A stretch of DNA of 64,000 nucleotides from Eledone cirrhosa. Its lineage: Eukaryota. A program made the translations under genes and the position numbers. The stretch lies in contig OZ024751.1 of NCBI GenBank assembly GCA_964016885.1, forward strand, positions 21,266,001 to 21,330,000, given 5' to 3'. Of this stretch, positions 1 through 11,854 are shown piece by piece. The first letter of the stretch is position 1. Every line of letters begins with the position of its first letter. Under the pieces are notes generated by a model that ran no database searches, was not told where the DNA came from, and saw nothing but the letters and a program-made list of their open reading frames with translations.

Positions 1-89
1 ATATATGTATTCATACACTCATTCATTCATATATACATACAGACAGACAGTCATGTATACATACATACATACATACATATATATATATA

Positions 90-175
<86 letters not shown>

Positions 176-438
176 GAAATAGAATAGCTATTATTTACAA
201 CTAGAGTCGGTTCGACCCTATGTAGTTAGTGGTTAGTTATTGGTCGAATCTTTTCTTTTATTTTTACTGCTTGAGAAATTAAATGCATAAATAAGCAATG
301 TTTATTATAGACAGAGGTTTTATATCTGCTGGGACATTTACTTCCCCTGTTAACATAAAAAAGAAATGTTTATTAGTGTATTTTATCTCGGAACCAAGAT
401 GGCGTATTTTTCTGTATGTGTTTATTATTTCTCTTTGG

Positions 439-488
<50 letters not shown>

Positions 489-514
489 TAACCTCTAGGA
501 AGTGAACGAATCGA

Positions 515-575
<61 letters not shown>

Positions 576-610
576 TGTCATCGGTATGTGTGGTGCTGCA
601 GTTGTGGTCA

Positions 611-794
611 ATTGGCAGTATCGGTAGAGGGTCGGACGCCATGCTTTGACGCATAGAGTTACGGCCCTTGCCATTCTGAGTTCAAATCCCGCCGAGGTTA
701 ACTTTGCCTTTCATCCTTACGGGGTCGATAAAATAAAGTACCAGTAATGTACTGGGTAATTTGCTGGCCTTGTGCCAATAGTAGAAACAATTAT
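611..794 (+). mobile_element. tRNA-derived SINE (family S1)
   Basis: A box TGGCAGTATCGG; B box GAGTTCAAATCC; core GCCTTTCATCC..GGGGTCGATAAAATAAAGTACC; tail GGCCTTGTGCC..AGAAAC(AAT)n; >12 copies in window. Confidence 0.88.
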
Positions 795-814
795 TGTTGT
801 TGTGTTTGTGGTGG

Positions 815-1012
815 TTGTTGTTGTTGTTTGTTCCCTCATCTCCTCTCTTCCTTTGGCCCAAGTGAACCCTGAATGCACAGACATGTGAAAAATGACATTC
901 CAACCGATGACCATCCCGTCTTTTCTGAGGGTTATCTAGTGCTACATTACCTAATGTGTATTTTTGTTTTATTCAAAACGTGCTACTTTGTAAAGAGTGA
1001 AAGGGGGGGGGG

Positions 1013-1058
<46 letters not shown>

Positions 1059-1226
1059 TGTGTTGTGGTTGTTGCTCGTTAGTCTCCTCCCCTTGGCTCA
1101 GATGATCTCTGAATGCTCAGACATATGAACAAACAGCTTCCAACCGACGACCATCTCTTATTTTCTGGGGTTATCCAGTGCGGCATTACCTAATGTGTGT
1201 TTGTTTTTATTTAATATGTGCTACTT

Positions 1227-1230
<4 letters not shown>
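815..1230 (-). repeat. Two tandem diverged copies of an (AAC)n-tailed interspersed repeat
   Basis: ~820-990 is similar to ~1060-1227; related pieces near 1370-1700, 11580-11815, 22950-23150 and 42105-42400 (CTAGAAATAGCAGC, GACCTGGGGCTAAA motifs). Confidence 0.6.
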
Positions 1231-1258
<28 letters not shown>

Positions 1259-2546
1259 AGAGAAAGAGATAAAAGTAAAAGATGGTGAAAGAGAGAGTGT
1301 GAGTTTTGTCTATTATTATAAAAAAGTTCACCAAACACGGTGGCTTGTTTCAGGTCATGTTTTAGGTGCAGTCGTTGTAGTTTAGCTCCAGGTGAAGCCT
1401 AATCTTGCAGTTATATGATCAAAAGCGTTCCAGACATGACCAGCTTGTCTTTTGTCGTATAAAGAATAACCTTTTAAAATCTGTGCTTTCTTCTCTGTTA
1501 TCATTTAGCCGTAGGTCTGCCTTAAAGGCGTTCTAGCCATGACCACGCCGTCTTTAAAATATAGCTAGGATTATATTACATATAAGATTTGAATCCTTTT
1601 CCTATTGAAGAGGGTAGAGTGTAGTTTCAGAGATATTTCTCTGCTATTTCTAGCAGAACGAATGACCACGTAGAAGCCCTTCTCTAGTTGGCTTGTACTT
1701 TTAAGTTTGAAGTGTGTGTGTATGTATAAGTATGTGCTTACATATATATATGTGTGTGTGTGTGTTTGAGGAGAGGGGGTTGGGGTGAATTCATAAATGT
1801 TTCTGCATATGTGTGTATATGAATATGTGTATGAATGTATGTGTGTGTGTGTGTGCGTGCGTGTGTGTATGTGTGTGTATGTATATATATATATATATGT
1901 GCATGTGTATGTGTGTGCATGTGTATGTGTGTGTGTGTGCGTGTGCGTGCGTGTGTGTATGTGTGTGTATGTGTATATGTGCATGTGTATGTGTGTGCAT
2001 GTGTATGTGTGTGTGCGTGTGCGTGCGTGTGTGTATGTGTGTGTATGTATATATTTATATATGTGCATGTGTATGTGTGTGCATGTGTGTGTGTGTGTGT
2101 GTGTGTGCGTGTGCGTGCGTGTGTGTATGTGTGTGTGTGTATATATGTGCATGTGTATGTGTGTGCATGTGTGTGTATGTGTGTATGTGTGTGTAACGGT
2201 TTGAAGTTCAACGGAGAAAGCATATTCAAAAGCTTCTTTCAACTACTTTTTGCATCTTTTGGAAGTTCTGTTAGATTTACAGACTAGTGAAAGGTTGTGC
2301 TCCAGCGTGACCCAGGCCATCATGCCTAAAACTATCTGAACAACTAAAGAACGAACCACCCAAGCATATTCATTTAATGGTTCCATTTCCAACTCTCATC
2401 TTTGCCTTTCATCCTTTCTAGATCGATAAAAAAAATGTATCAGTCCTCTACTGGGGTCGATACTTCTTCTATATTTCTTACGCCCCACCCCCCTCTCTCT
2501 TCTCTGTCTCTCCTTCTCTCTAGCTCTATTTCTGTCTATCACCCTC

Positions 2547-2621
<75 letters not shown>

Positions 2622-3957
2622 CTAGCTCTATTTCTATCTCTATCTCTCGCTCACCCCTATATCTCACTCATTCTCAACCCCCTCTCTCTCTCACACACAC
2701 ACACAATCTCTTTTTTTCTCTCTTCTTCTTCTTCTTCTTCTTCTTCTTCTTCTTCTTCTTCTTCTTCTTCTTCTTCTCATCCTCCTCCCCCCTTCTTCTT
2801 CTCTGGAATCAATCAACTGTGTTCAGACCTAAGAGAGGAGATGGGCTCCACCAAGTTTAAAGAAATGTCCAACACACGCTCTACATCAATATGGCGCCGC
2901 CACTACTCCACCAAGAGTTACGGGTTAATACATACATATATACATACATACATACATACATGCACACATACATAAATACATCCGGACATACATACATGCA
3001 TACACACAAACATACATACATACATACATTCGGACATACATAGATACATACATACAAACATACATACATACATACACACAAACATACATACATACATGCA
3101 CACATACATACATACATACATACATACATACACACAAACATACATACATGCACACATACATACATACATACATTCGGGCATACATACGCACACACATACA
3201 TACATACATACACACAAACATACATACATACACACACACATACATACATACATTCGGACATACATATGCACACACATACATGCATGCATGCATACATATA
3301 TAGAAACACACACATACACACATACATACATACATACATGCATGCATACATACATACGTACATTCATACAGGCATACATACATACACATATACATACATA
3401 TATATACATACATACGTGCATACATACATATATATATACACGTGGGCATACGCTACTTGGCAAATAACTATATGTATCACCTATCCCCCCTTTTTTTCTC
3501 TTTCTCGATACGTAAATACTATATACACATATATACATTCATATATACACACATATATACACATATATATACATACATATGTACATACATAATAAATGAA
3601 TATTCTATAAACACTAGTATTCACAGTTTTAAAAGATTAAATAAGCTCCTTTCTTCGCCAACAGAAACATTACTCTCACCTGTTGTAGTGATTAATGTAG
3701 GGCTTGTGTGTGTGTGTGGTGGTGGTGGTGGTGGTGGTGGTGGTGAGGTGGGGTGGGGGTAATATTGGGTGGGGTGAAAGGAGGAGGAGGTGAATGAGTG
3801 GAGAAATACCTGAGAAGAAGTGGGCACTTAAATCCAGGCATCTGTTAATCCTCCATTCATCATCAAATCCTCTAATATTCTGACCATCTAACAATGTCAC
3901 CAATGAACACACCCCCTCCGACCACTAATCCAGCCATACAACCAACCAATTATCCAC

Positions 3958-3993
<36 letters not shown>

Positions 3994-4255
3994 ATATATA
4001 TATATATATATAAATCGATATGGACAAACTGTAATATAATAATTAGTATACTTCAATCTGGCTAAATTTTTCTTTTGCAATATATATACAGATGTGTTGG
4101 TATCTGTGTTTCATCACATACATATTAATTTATACACTGCTCAGGGGATATTTTTCCTCATTCGAGCTGATTCCATTGTAAAAGAATTCATTATCTTATT
4201 AATTTTATATATATATATCTCCATCTATCTGTTTGTCTATCTAGTTTATTGACAT

Positions 4256-4342
4256 CCATTATTGTTAAAGATTTTATGTAAAACCCCCGTCGTCACGTCT
4301 TGCAATGTCCCATTTTTGTACGCCCTTGTGGCAAATAAAGAC
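4256..4342 (+). mobile_element. 5'-truncated Tx1 3'UTR fragment (5' edge approximate)
   Basis: Ends CCCTTGTGGCAAATAAAGAC followed by (TATC)n. Confidence 0.8.
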
Positions 4343-4349
4343 ATCTATC

Positions 4350-4400
<51 letters not shown>

Positions 4401-4405
4401 CTATC

Positions 4406-4449
4406 TGTATTGTCCCCTTTCTTGTTGCGCCCTTGTGGCTAATAAAGAA

Positions 4450-4450
<1 letters not shown>
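4406..4450 (+). mobile_element. 45-bp Tx1 3' terminal fragment
   Basis: TGTATTGTCCCC...CCCTTGTGGCTAATAAAGAAA between two (TATC)n tracts. Confidence 0.8.
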
Positions 4451-4513
<63 letters not shown>

Positions 4514-4722
4514 GGGATGGACACACGCGTATAACTTGCTGAGTAAGTTCTGTTTAAATTTCTATAGAAATTCTTGTCTGATAACTTTAATTTTTGTACC
4601 ATTTTGTAGAGGGACTGCCAGGTCAAACTTTGATCTGGTCAGTCTCTCAAAATATTCTACGCCTTTAGGCGAAATAGTTAAAAAAAAAGTTTTTTCTTGT
4701 TGAAAAGTCAATATTTTTTTAA

Positions 4723-6504
4723 ATGGCCGAAGCTTCTTCACCAAAATTCGAAGGAGGAAAGGGGAAGATGAACTTACAGCTTCCCCCTGCCACTGTCACA
4801 GTAGCAGAGGTCAAGAAGATAGGTCAGCCAGAGGAAGAATTCTCTCCACCTGTTAACCGACAACTTGACGTTACCATGGCAACAACCCAAAGAACCAACA
4901 GCAACAACAACAACAATGCGACGGTAGAAAACAACACCAATAACAATAACAATAACAACAACAAGACCAATAACGGTGACAACAACAACAATGATAACAA
5001 CAACACCACCAACGACAACAACAACACAAACAAACAAAATTTCTCCTTCGCCGAGACGACAAGGAAAACCCTCGACTATCTGCCAGTAGATATAACAAAA
5101 GCGAAGGAGCTACTGGCGGATGCGAAAAAATATATAGTGTACGGGGAAAATGGTTCATTCACAATCCATTCCCCCCCGGAACTAAAAAGCCAGAGACTCC
5201 TAAACACGGTCATGTTTAGGACAATCTCGAACAAAAGTAAAAAACCAGCTCAACCATCACAGAGCGAGATAGAGCTGGTTTTAAAAGACGTCATGAAGGA
5301 CATCACCTTCATTCAGAAGGATAGACTCTACGGGAGTCTATCCATTCTCATGAAGGACAGGGACACAGCAGTGAAACTGTCCATCAAACCAATCACATCC
5401 ACCGCATACACCTTCTACCCTACGTACATGGGTAGAAGAACACAAAAAATAAAAATCCACACCATCCTGCCGATTATGGACATATGGTGGGTTTTGACAG
5501 GTTTTCTGGACCTGGAGGATGACATGCTGGTGTCCATGGGAAAGGCATCGGGTGACGCGTTCAGTGGAACGAGCCTCGAACTTGTAGTTCAAATGAGGCC
5601 CGAAAGGATCGCCCAGATCCCTGAACGCGTCATACTGGATGATCTAACCTTCATCAACATTACCGTTGAGGGTAGACGGCCCTCGTGTTACCTCTGCGGA
5701 ACCAGAGGTCACCTGAGGGCTGTCTGTCCCCAACTTAATAAGAAAACCCCAATCCTGCCTACACCACCAACAACTGCACAACCAACACAATCACCACAAC
5801 AACCACTACAAAAACAACCACCACAGCTCAAACCAAAACAAAACAATGTCCAACCCATCCCCTCCACTCAAAAAACAAAAACAATTTCCAAAACACCCGT
5901 ACCGCAAACACAACCCGAAAATATACCCCTCCCCTCCAACGCGGAAGATGACCCTAGTTCGTCGTCAGACGAGGAGGAGCACTTCCACACAATCAAAAGA
6001 AAAAAAAGAAAACACACCTCAGACACACAAATGAAAAAAACCCCTCCCCAAAACATAACACTGACACCAACACAAAAGAGCTCACAACAGCAAACAAAAA
6101 ACACCACACAAAAACAAAAACATGCATACACATACATAAATACAAGAAACAAAAAACTGTTAAACATTGTGTACAACAACAATCTAATAAAAACACAAGG
6201 GCCTAACTTCACCCAGGCAGGGGATTTCCCCCACCTCAAAATGATTAAGGCCCCACAGGACACCTATAAAACTTTAAAAAACAATTTTAAAGAGGACGTG
6301 GGTCCCCCCTGCGTCGGGCCCATTAACCGAGTCCTCCTAAAAAACTATCCCACCCCCTCCCCAAACACCCTCACAACTCCAAGCTCCCCAACCACACAAC
6401 ACACTGATGCCCCCACACTTCCACAAACCACCACCCCACCCAACAACCCATCCCCCACCCTAATGGAAATTGTGCAGCCCGATACCCGGGACGCAGAGAG
6501 GTAA
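4723..6504 (+). CDS. T1 ORF1, gag-like nucleic-acid-binding protein
   Basis: 593 aa; VEGRRPSCYLCGTRGHLRAVC CCHC knuckle; Asn-rich and Pro/Thr-rich linkers; homologous to the T2 ORF1. Confidence 0.9.
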   Translation: MAEASSPKFEGGKGKMNLQLPPATVTVAEVKKIGQPEEEFSPPVNRQLDVTMATTQRTNSNNNNNATVENNTNNNNNNNNKTNNGDNNNNDNNNTTNDNNNTNKQNFSFAETTRKTLDYLPVDITKAKELLADAKKYIVYGENGSFTIHSPPELKSQRLLNTVMFRTISNKSKKPAQPSQSEIELVLKDVMKDITFIQKDRLYGSLSILMKDRDTAVKLSIKPITSTAYTFYPTYMGRRTQKIKIHTILPIMDIWWVLTGFLDLEDDMLVSMGKASGDAFSGTSLELVVQMRPERIAQIPERVILDDLTFINITVEGRRPSCYLCGTRGHLRAVCPQLNKKTPILPTPPTTAQPTQSPQQPLQKQPPQLKPKQNNVQPIPSTQKTKTISKTPVPQTQPENIPLPSNAEDDPSSSSDEEEHFHTIKRKKRKHTSDTQMKKTPPQNITLTPTQKSSQQQTKNTTQKQKHAYTYINTRNKKLLNIVYNNNLIKTQGPNFTQAGDFPHLKMIKAPQDTYKTLKNNFKEDVGPPCVGPINRVLLKNYPTPSPNTLTTPSSPTTQHTDAPTLPQTTTPPNNPSPTLMEIVQPDTRDAER

Positions 6505-6528
6505 GTGCCTTTTCTCTTCACCACCAAC

Positions 6529-9500
6529 ATGGCTATGCTAAGAGTAGGCTGTTTAAATGCGCGTGGCCTGGGCTCAACTTGGAAGCAAGCAATGCTTCTA
6601 AATGACCTCAGGTCACAACGTATAGATGTGATGGTTATTTGCGAGGCCCGGATCAGCAACGTGCGACAGCTGGCCCCCACCTTTGATGACTTTGAGATGC
6701 ACGCATCTCTCTGTCAGCCTGGAGGTGGGGGTGGAGTTGTCGTTCTGCTGCAAAAACATCTGGGTCTCGCAACACAGATGGTACATTTGGACCCGGAGGG
6801 TCGACTAGTGGTTCTGGACCTTGGCAGTGGTAAAGGCGGAGCGTTTAGGTTGGTAGCCGCCTACGGCCCTTTCGGGTCAATGCGGCCGGACTTCTTCCAT
6901 CGTCTGGAGACTTTTCTAGGGACGTCCCGCTCCTTGCTATTAGTGGGGGACTGGAATGGTATCCTAGATGCACGTTGGGACTACGTAGGGGCCTGCCCCG
7001 ATAGAGAGGGGTGTAATAGCCTCAAAGGGTTAATCGGTCGATTTGACCTGGCCGATAGATATCGACTAGATTTTCCGACTGCGCCAACCTGGACTTGGGC
7101 AAATCGTAGCGGATCATCTAGGTCGTACCTAGATAGGTTCTTAGTTAGAATTAAGGATAAGGACTTTTTAAGTTGTCCAAAAATGCGCATTGTTGGCTAT
7201 TCAGACCACAAATTAGTGACCTGCATGGTCAACCTTGACAGAACTCATAGACAGGGCCCCGGTTACTGGAAGCTCAACTTGTCCTTGCCGGCAAGTAGAG
7301 CCTACAGGAATCGGATTAGTACGTTAGTTAAGGAACGGTTGACTGGAGCGATCGTCAACAGCAGGTGGTGGGTATCTCTAAAGAGAGAGATTAGAGTAGT
7401 CTCGATAGAATTTAGTAAGGTTCTAGCTGCGGATAGGAATAGGAAGGAAAGGGAGCTAATAGATAGAGTAGAAGAGGCAATTAGAAGCGGCGACGTGGCC
7501 AGAGTGCTAGCGTCGAGAACGGCTTTGAGCCAGTTTTTCGACGCGAAGCACGAAGGCTGCGTTGTCCGAAGTAAAATACGTGCTCTAGGGAACGAGGGGA
7601 CCAAAGCTGTTAGCTGGGCCCGCGTGACAGAGGCCAACAGTGGAACTAAATCCACCATCCGGTCTTTGCGAGACCTGGATGGACGGGCGATTCTTGAGCC
7701 TAAGCAGATGTGTGAGGCCTTTCAAAGGCACTTTGCCCGACTGTTCGGGAGGGGCGGGGAGCCGGTTGGGAACGTGGACTTCGGTCCATACCTCGACGGC
7801 CTGCCGCGCCTCTCGGACAGGGAGGCGAAGTCCTGCGAGGAGCCGATTTCGGCCGCTGAGATAGAGGACGTGCTGAGCCAATGCGGCAAACGCAAATCCC
7901 CGGGTCTCGATGGTCTTCCTTACGAATTATATCTAGCTATGCCGGACTTGTTCCCCGATCTCCTCGAGGCGGTCTACTGCAACTGGCAACAGAACGGGAG
8001 AATTCCCTGTACTGTGACCAAGGGCGTAGTCACGCTAGTGAGGAAGGACGAGAACAAGGGGGACGAAATAAGTAACTTCAGGCCCATAACACTGCTAAAT
8101 ACAGAGTTACAGATTTTGGCCAAGGTGCTAGCAAAGAGGTTGGCGCTTGTCGTGGGCAACCTGGTGGGAGATGCGCAGACATGCGCTATCCCGTCCAGGT
8201 CCATCCATGACAACCTCCACCTCATGCGATACATCATAGAGAGGGTTGGGAACGAACCCGGCTTTGGTGGGGCTCTGATCAACTTGGATCAATCTAAGGC
8301 GTTCGATAGGGTCGACCATGGTTACCTGGATGCGGTGCTAGCGGCGGCAGGCTTCGGAGCCGTTTTCAGGGGCTGGATCACTGCTATGCACAGCAGCCGC
8401 ATCTGCTCTAGGGTCAAGGTGAACGGCTACCTCTCGGAGCCGTTCAAAATCGCGCGGTCCATCCGACAAGGGTGCCCTCTCTCCTCCCTTCTGTATGTAT
8501 TGACTCTCGAGCCACTACTGCGGAAGTTGGAGTTGTTGCAGGGCATCCCTTTGGAACCGGGATTGCGGAAAGCGGTGTCGGCCTACGCCGATGACGTGAC
8601 AGTAATGGTGTCGACGGCCTCCGAAATCGAGGCGGTCGGCACCTTACTGGAGGAGTACGAAAAGTTCACAGGGGCTAAGCTGAACCGGGACAAGTCGATC
8701 GGTTTGCAACTCGGCACGTGGAGGGGCAGACCGATGCCCTCCGATAGCGTCGTCGGACGCTGGACGGAGGGCCCGGTGAAGTTGCTCGGGGTCTGGTTCG
8801 GACCGGACCTCCAGGTGGAGAAAAACTGGGCGGAGGTTACGAACAGAGTGTTTGCACTGACCCAGAAGTGGGCCAGTTGCAAACTATCCCTGAAAGGTCG
8901 GGCGGAGGTGGCGAACACCTACATAGCGTCCGTCATCTACTACCGCCTGACCGTAGTGCCCTGCCCAAGGGAAACCCTCACCAAGATGGAGCGCGCGCTC
9001 TTCCAATTCCTTTGGAAGAGGCGGGCTCCTATGGTGAGGAGATCCATCTGCTGTCAACACCCTTCGAAAGGAGGGCTGGGGATGCCGTGGCTAATGATGC
9101 GTAAACACGCATTAAGGCTACGGCACCTCTACGTATTCCTCACCGGACAACCGGTGTGGGCCTCGTTTGTGAGACGAACCTTTCCCAGACTCGTCTCACT
9201 CACCGAGCTGCAATCCTGGGTCAAGCAAAGACCGAGAAAACTGGGCGCCTGGCACACTGAGTGTGCCCAGGCGCTCACCGCCCTCTGGCAGGCGGATCCG
9301 GTTATCAGTGGAGACTCCACCGCAACATTCTATAGAGGGCTGGTACGCAGCAGGTGCGACGACGCCCTCGGAGAAGCCCTAGACATGGAGGAGGACGAAC
9401 TGGCCAGCCTTTTCGGTAGGACATTCAGCCCGGGACCTATGGACAACTTCCAGAAGTCCCTGGCCTGGCAGTGCTACCGAGGGGCTTTACCCGTTCGAGA

Positions 9501-9966
9501 AAGGCTCTACAGACACGGGCGCCCGGGTAGGGACCCCGCCAAAAAGATCTGTCCCAGATGCGTGTGCGACGAGGAAACCGTTGCACACGCATTAGTACAC
9601 TGCTCGGGCGTAGCCGATCTGTGGGGCTATGTCGAACAACTGCTGTCAAGGGTGGGACCGATCCGGTTGACCACCGAGTCTATTGTAATGATCAAGCCGC
9701 CTCCCCCCTTCAAAGATGAAGCAGAGGCGGTGTTTCTGTGCGTAATAGCCATGGCGAAAGAGGTTGTATGGTGGACGCGTCTGAAAGGACTGAGGTCGGG
9801 CACCTTTCTCTCTGGCCAACAACTGGTCCGTTTCTTCCGATATCATTTCGGAAGAAGGATCAGGATGGAGAGAGAGGTGCTGCACCCCAGCCGTTTCTAT
9901 GAAAGATGGGTGAAAGTGGCGAGAATGGCCCGTGTGAATGGGCCTTCACTCTACATCAGACTATAG
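6529..9966 (+). CDS. T1 ORF2, APE endonuclease + reverse transcriptase + CCHC
   Basis: LNARG, GDWN, YLDR and SDH (APE); KSPGLDG, FRPITLLN, DQSKAFDRV, RQGCPLS and YADD (RT); CPRC..H..C; first ATG at 6529 in AACATGG context. Confidence 0.96.
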   Translation: MAMLRVGCLNARGLGSTWKQAMLLNDLRSQRIDVMVICEARISNVRQLAPTFDDFEMHASLCQPGGGGGVVVLLQKHLGLATQMVHLDPEGRLVVLDLGSGKGGAFRLVAAYGPFGSMRPDFFHRLETFLGTSRSLLLVGDWNGILDARWDYVGACPDREGCNSLKGLIGRFDLADRYRLDFPTAPTWTWANRSGSSRSYLDRFLVRIKDKDFLSCPKMRIVGYSDHKLVTCMVNLDRTHRQGPGYWKLNLSLPASRAYRNRISTLVKERLTGAIVNSRWWVSLKREIRVVSIEFSKVLAADRNRKERELIDRVEEAIRSGDVARVLASRTALSQFFDAKHEGCVVRSKIRALGNEGTKAVSWARVTEANSGTKSTIRSLRDLDGRAILEPKQMCEAFQRHFARLFGRGGEPVGNVDFGPYLDGLPRLSDREAKSCEEPISAAEIEDVLSQCGKRKSPGLDGLPYELYLAMPDLFPDLLEAVYCNWQQNGRIPCTVTKGVVTLVRKDENKGDEISNFRPITLLNTELQILAKVLAKRLALVVGNLVGDAQTCAIPSRSIHDNLHLMRYIIERVGNEPGFGGALINLDQSKAFDRVDHGYLDAVLAAAGFGAVFRGWITAMHSSRICSRVKVNGYLSEPFKIARSIRQGCPLSSLLYVLTLEPLLRKLELLQGIPLEPGLRKAVSAYADDVTVMVSTASEIEAVGTLLEEYEKFTGAKLNRDKSIGLQLGTWRGRPMPSDSVVGRWTEGPVKLLGVWFGPDLQVEKNWAEVTNRVFALTQKWASCKLSLKGRAEVANTYIASVIYYRLTVVPCPRETLTKMERALFQFLWKRRAPMVRRSICCQHPSKGGLGMPWLMMRKHALRLRHLYVFLTGQPVWASFVRRTFPRLVSLTELQSWVKQRPRKLGAWHTECAQALTALWQADPVISGDSTATFYRGLVRSRCDDALGEALDMEEDELASLFGRTFSPGPMDNFQKSLAWQCYRGALPVRERLYRHGRPGRDPAKKICPRCVCDEETVAHALVHCSGVADLWGYVEQLLSRVGPIRLTTESIVMIKPPPPFKDEAEAVFLCVIAMAKEVVWWTRLKGLRSGTFLSGQQLVRFFRYHFGRRIRMEREVLHPSRFYERWVKVARMARVNGPSLYIRL

Positions 9967-10275
9967 GTGAGGAAGATGAAAGACCAAGGGAGCACCCCTT
10001 CTCTGTGCTCCTGAGGAGAAGGGTTGCACACTTTTTTCGGGGGTGTGTGCGACCCCCCCAAGGCGCCTCCTCTCTATTGAGGATTTTGTTAAAAATTTTA
10101 TTTTTTGTTATATCTTATTTTATTTTTATATTTTGTTATTGCCTCCTCCTTATTGAGGACGCCTTTTTGTGTAAACTCCCCCCTTTGTACTTGTCCCACT
10201 TTTGATGCCCTAGTGGCAAATAAAAGAAATATATCTATCTATCTATCTATCTATCTATCTGTCTGTCTATCTATC

Positions 10276-10586
10276 CACTAAATTTACTGAAAGGTGGGTG
10301 AATGAAGCGAAAATGGCCCGAGTGATTGGGCCTTCTCTGTTTATAAGCCTGTAGGTTGAAGAAGAGATCAAAAGGAAGAAAGGAGGACTTGCACAACACG
10401 CTCCTGAAGTTGAGGGTTGTTCTATCGACGGGATATTAAACAACCCATTTGTGGTGCCTCCCCCCTATAGGGGATTTCCATTGTTATAATTGTTTGTTTC
10501 AATATTTTTACACAACTGTATGTAAAATCCCCGGCATGTCTTTGTATTGTCCCTTTTCTTGTGCGCCCTTGTGGCAAATAAAGAAA
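10276..10586 (+). mobile_element. 5'-truncated Tx1 copy (end of ORF2 + 3'UTR)
   Basis: Encodes ERWVNEAKMARVIGPSL; same 3' terminus; TATC flanks. Confidence 0.9.
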
Positions 10587-10626
10587 TCTGTCTATCAATC
10601 TCTCTATCTATCTATCTATCTATCTA

Positions 10627-11190
10627 TTGTCGCGGGTGGGACCAATCCGGTTGACCACCGAGTCCATTGTCATGATCAAACCGCCACCCTACTTCAAAAA
10701 CGAAGGAGAGGCGGTTTTCCTTTGTGTGATAGCTATGGCGAAAGAGGTTGTATGGTGGACAAGGTTGAAAGGGCTTAGGTCAGACACCTTTCTCTCCGGC
10801 CAACAACTGATTCTTTTTTTCAAATACCATTTTGGAAGAAGAATCAGGATGGAGAGAGAGGTGCTGTACCCAAGCAAGTTTTATGAAAGGTGGGTGAATG
10901 TGGCAAAGATGGCCCGAGTGGTTGGGCCTTCTCTCTATATCAGCCTGTAGGTTGAGGAAAAGGAGGAGGAGAGGAAGGGAGTACAAACTCTTCATACTCC
11001 TGGAGATGAGGGTTGCACATTTTTTTTTCGGGGGTATGTGTTACCCATATAAACTGTCTCCCCCTATTGGGGAAAATCGACTAATTTTTAAATTGCATTT
11101 GTGATAACATTTTACACGTTTTTATTGTATGTAAACTTCCCCCTTTGTATTTGTCCTCTTCTTTTGTGCCCCTGTGGCTAATAAAGAAAC
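10627..11190 (+). mobile_element. 5'-truncated Tx1 copy (last ~106 codons of ORF2 + 3'UTR)
   Basis: SRVGPIRLTTESIV...GPSLYISL matches the T1 ORF2 C-terminus; TATC flanks. Confidence 0.92.
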
Positions 11191-11191
11191 A

Positions 11192-11222
<31 letters not shown>

Positions 11223-11223
11223 A

Positions 11224-11267
<44 letters not shown>

Positions 11268-11854
11268 AGAAAGATATCTATCTATCTATCTTTCCATCAA
11301 TCCTATCTATCCATTGACTCATCCATCTGTTCATTCATCCACCTATCAATCCATAAATCCACCCATCAACCGGCCAATCTACCCGCCCCCAATCCACCCA
11401 CCTGATCAACCACCAACCAATCCATCCACCCATCCATCCATCGATCCATCCATCTACTCATCCATCTAGTCTGTGAACTGTACCAAGATCCAGTTGATGA
11501 CTCAACGACTGTAGTCAAGGAGACCAACCAACAAACCATCCAACTGGTCATCCAACATTGACCCAACGACCGAGCAATTATGTGGTCACACCACCAGCTA
11601 GAAATAGCAGCTAAATATATATATCTCTCTCTCTCTGAAAGTATCCTGGCCATCATTAAATATAAGAGGACAGGGAAGGACAGCGACAATATAGTTCTAG
11701 ATATAAACATGGTACAAACATTGCAAAAAATAAAAATAACAAATGCAGGGAGGCCACAACCTCTGCAACGTCTTTGAATGTGGGCTGACCTCGGGCTAAA
11801 CAACAATAACAAAAGCAAACCCGCTGACCAACTCACCATCATACTAAGCAATCA

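Larger units (their letters stand above)
4514..10229 (+). mobile_element. Full-length L1/Tx1-clade non-LTR retrotransposon (element T1) inserted in a (TATC)n microsatellite
   Basis: ~210-nt 5'UTR and two long open ORFs; 3'UTR ends CCCTAGTGGCAAATAAAAGAAA; (TATC)n directly on both sides. Confidence 0.95.

Noticed and set aside
611-690. tRNA gene
   Set aside because: A/B boxes are present but there is no cloverleaf; it is the head of a multi-copy SINE
6505-6528. GTG start for T1 ORF2
   Set aside because: ATG at 6529 aligns with the T2 ORF2 start (both AACATG)
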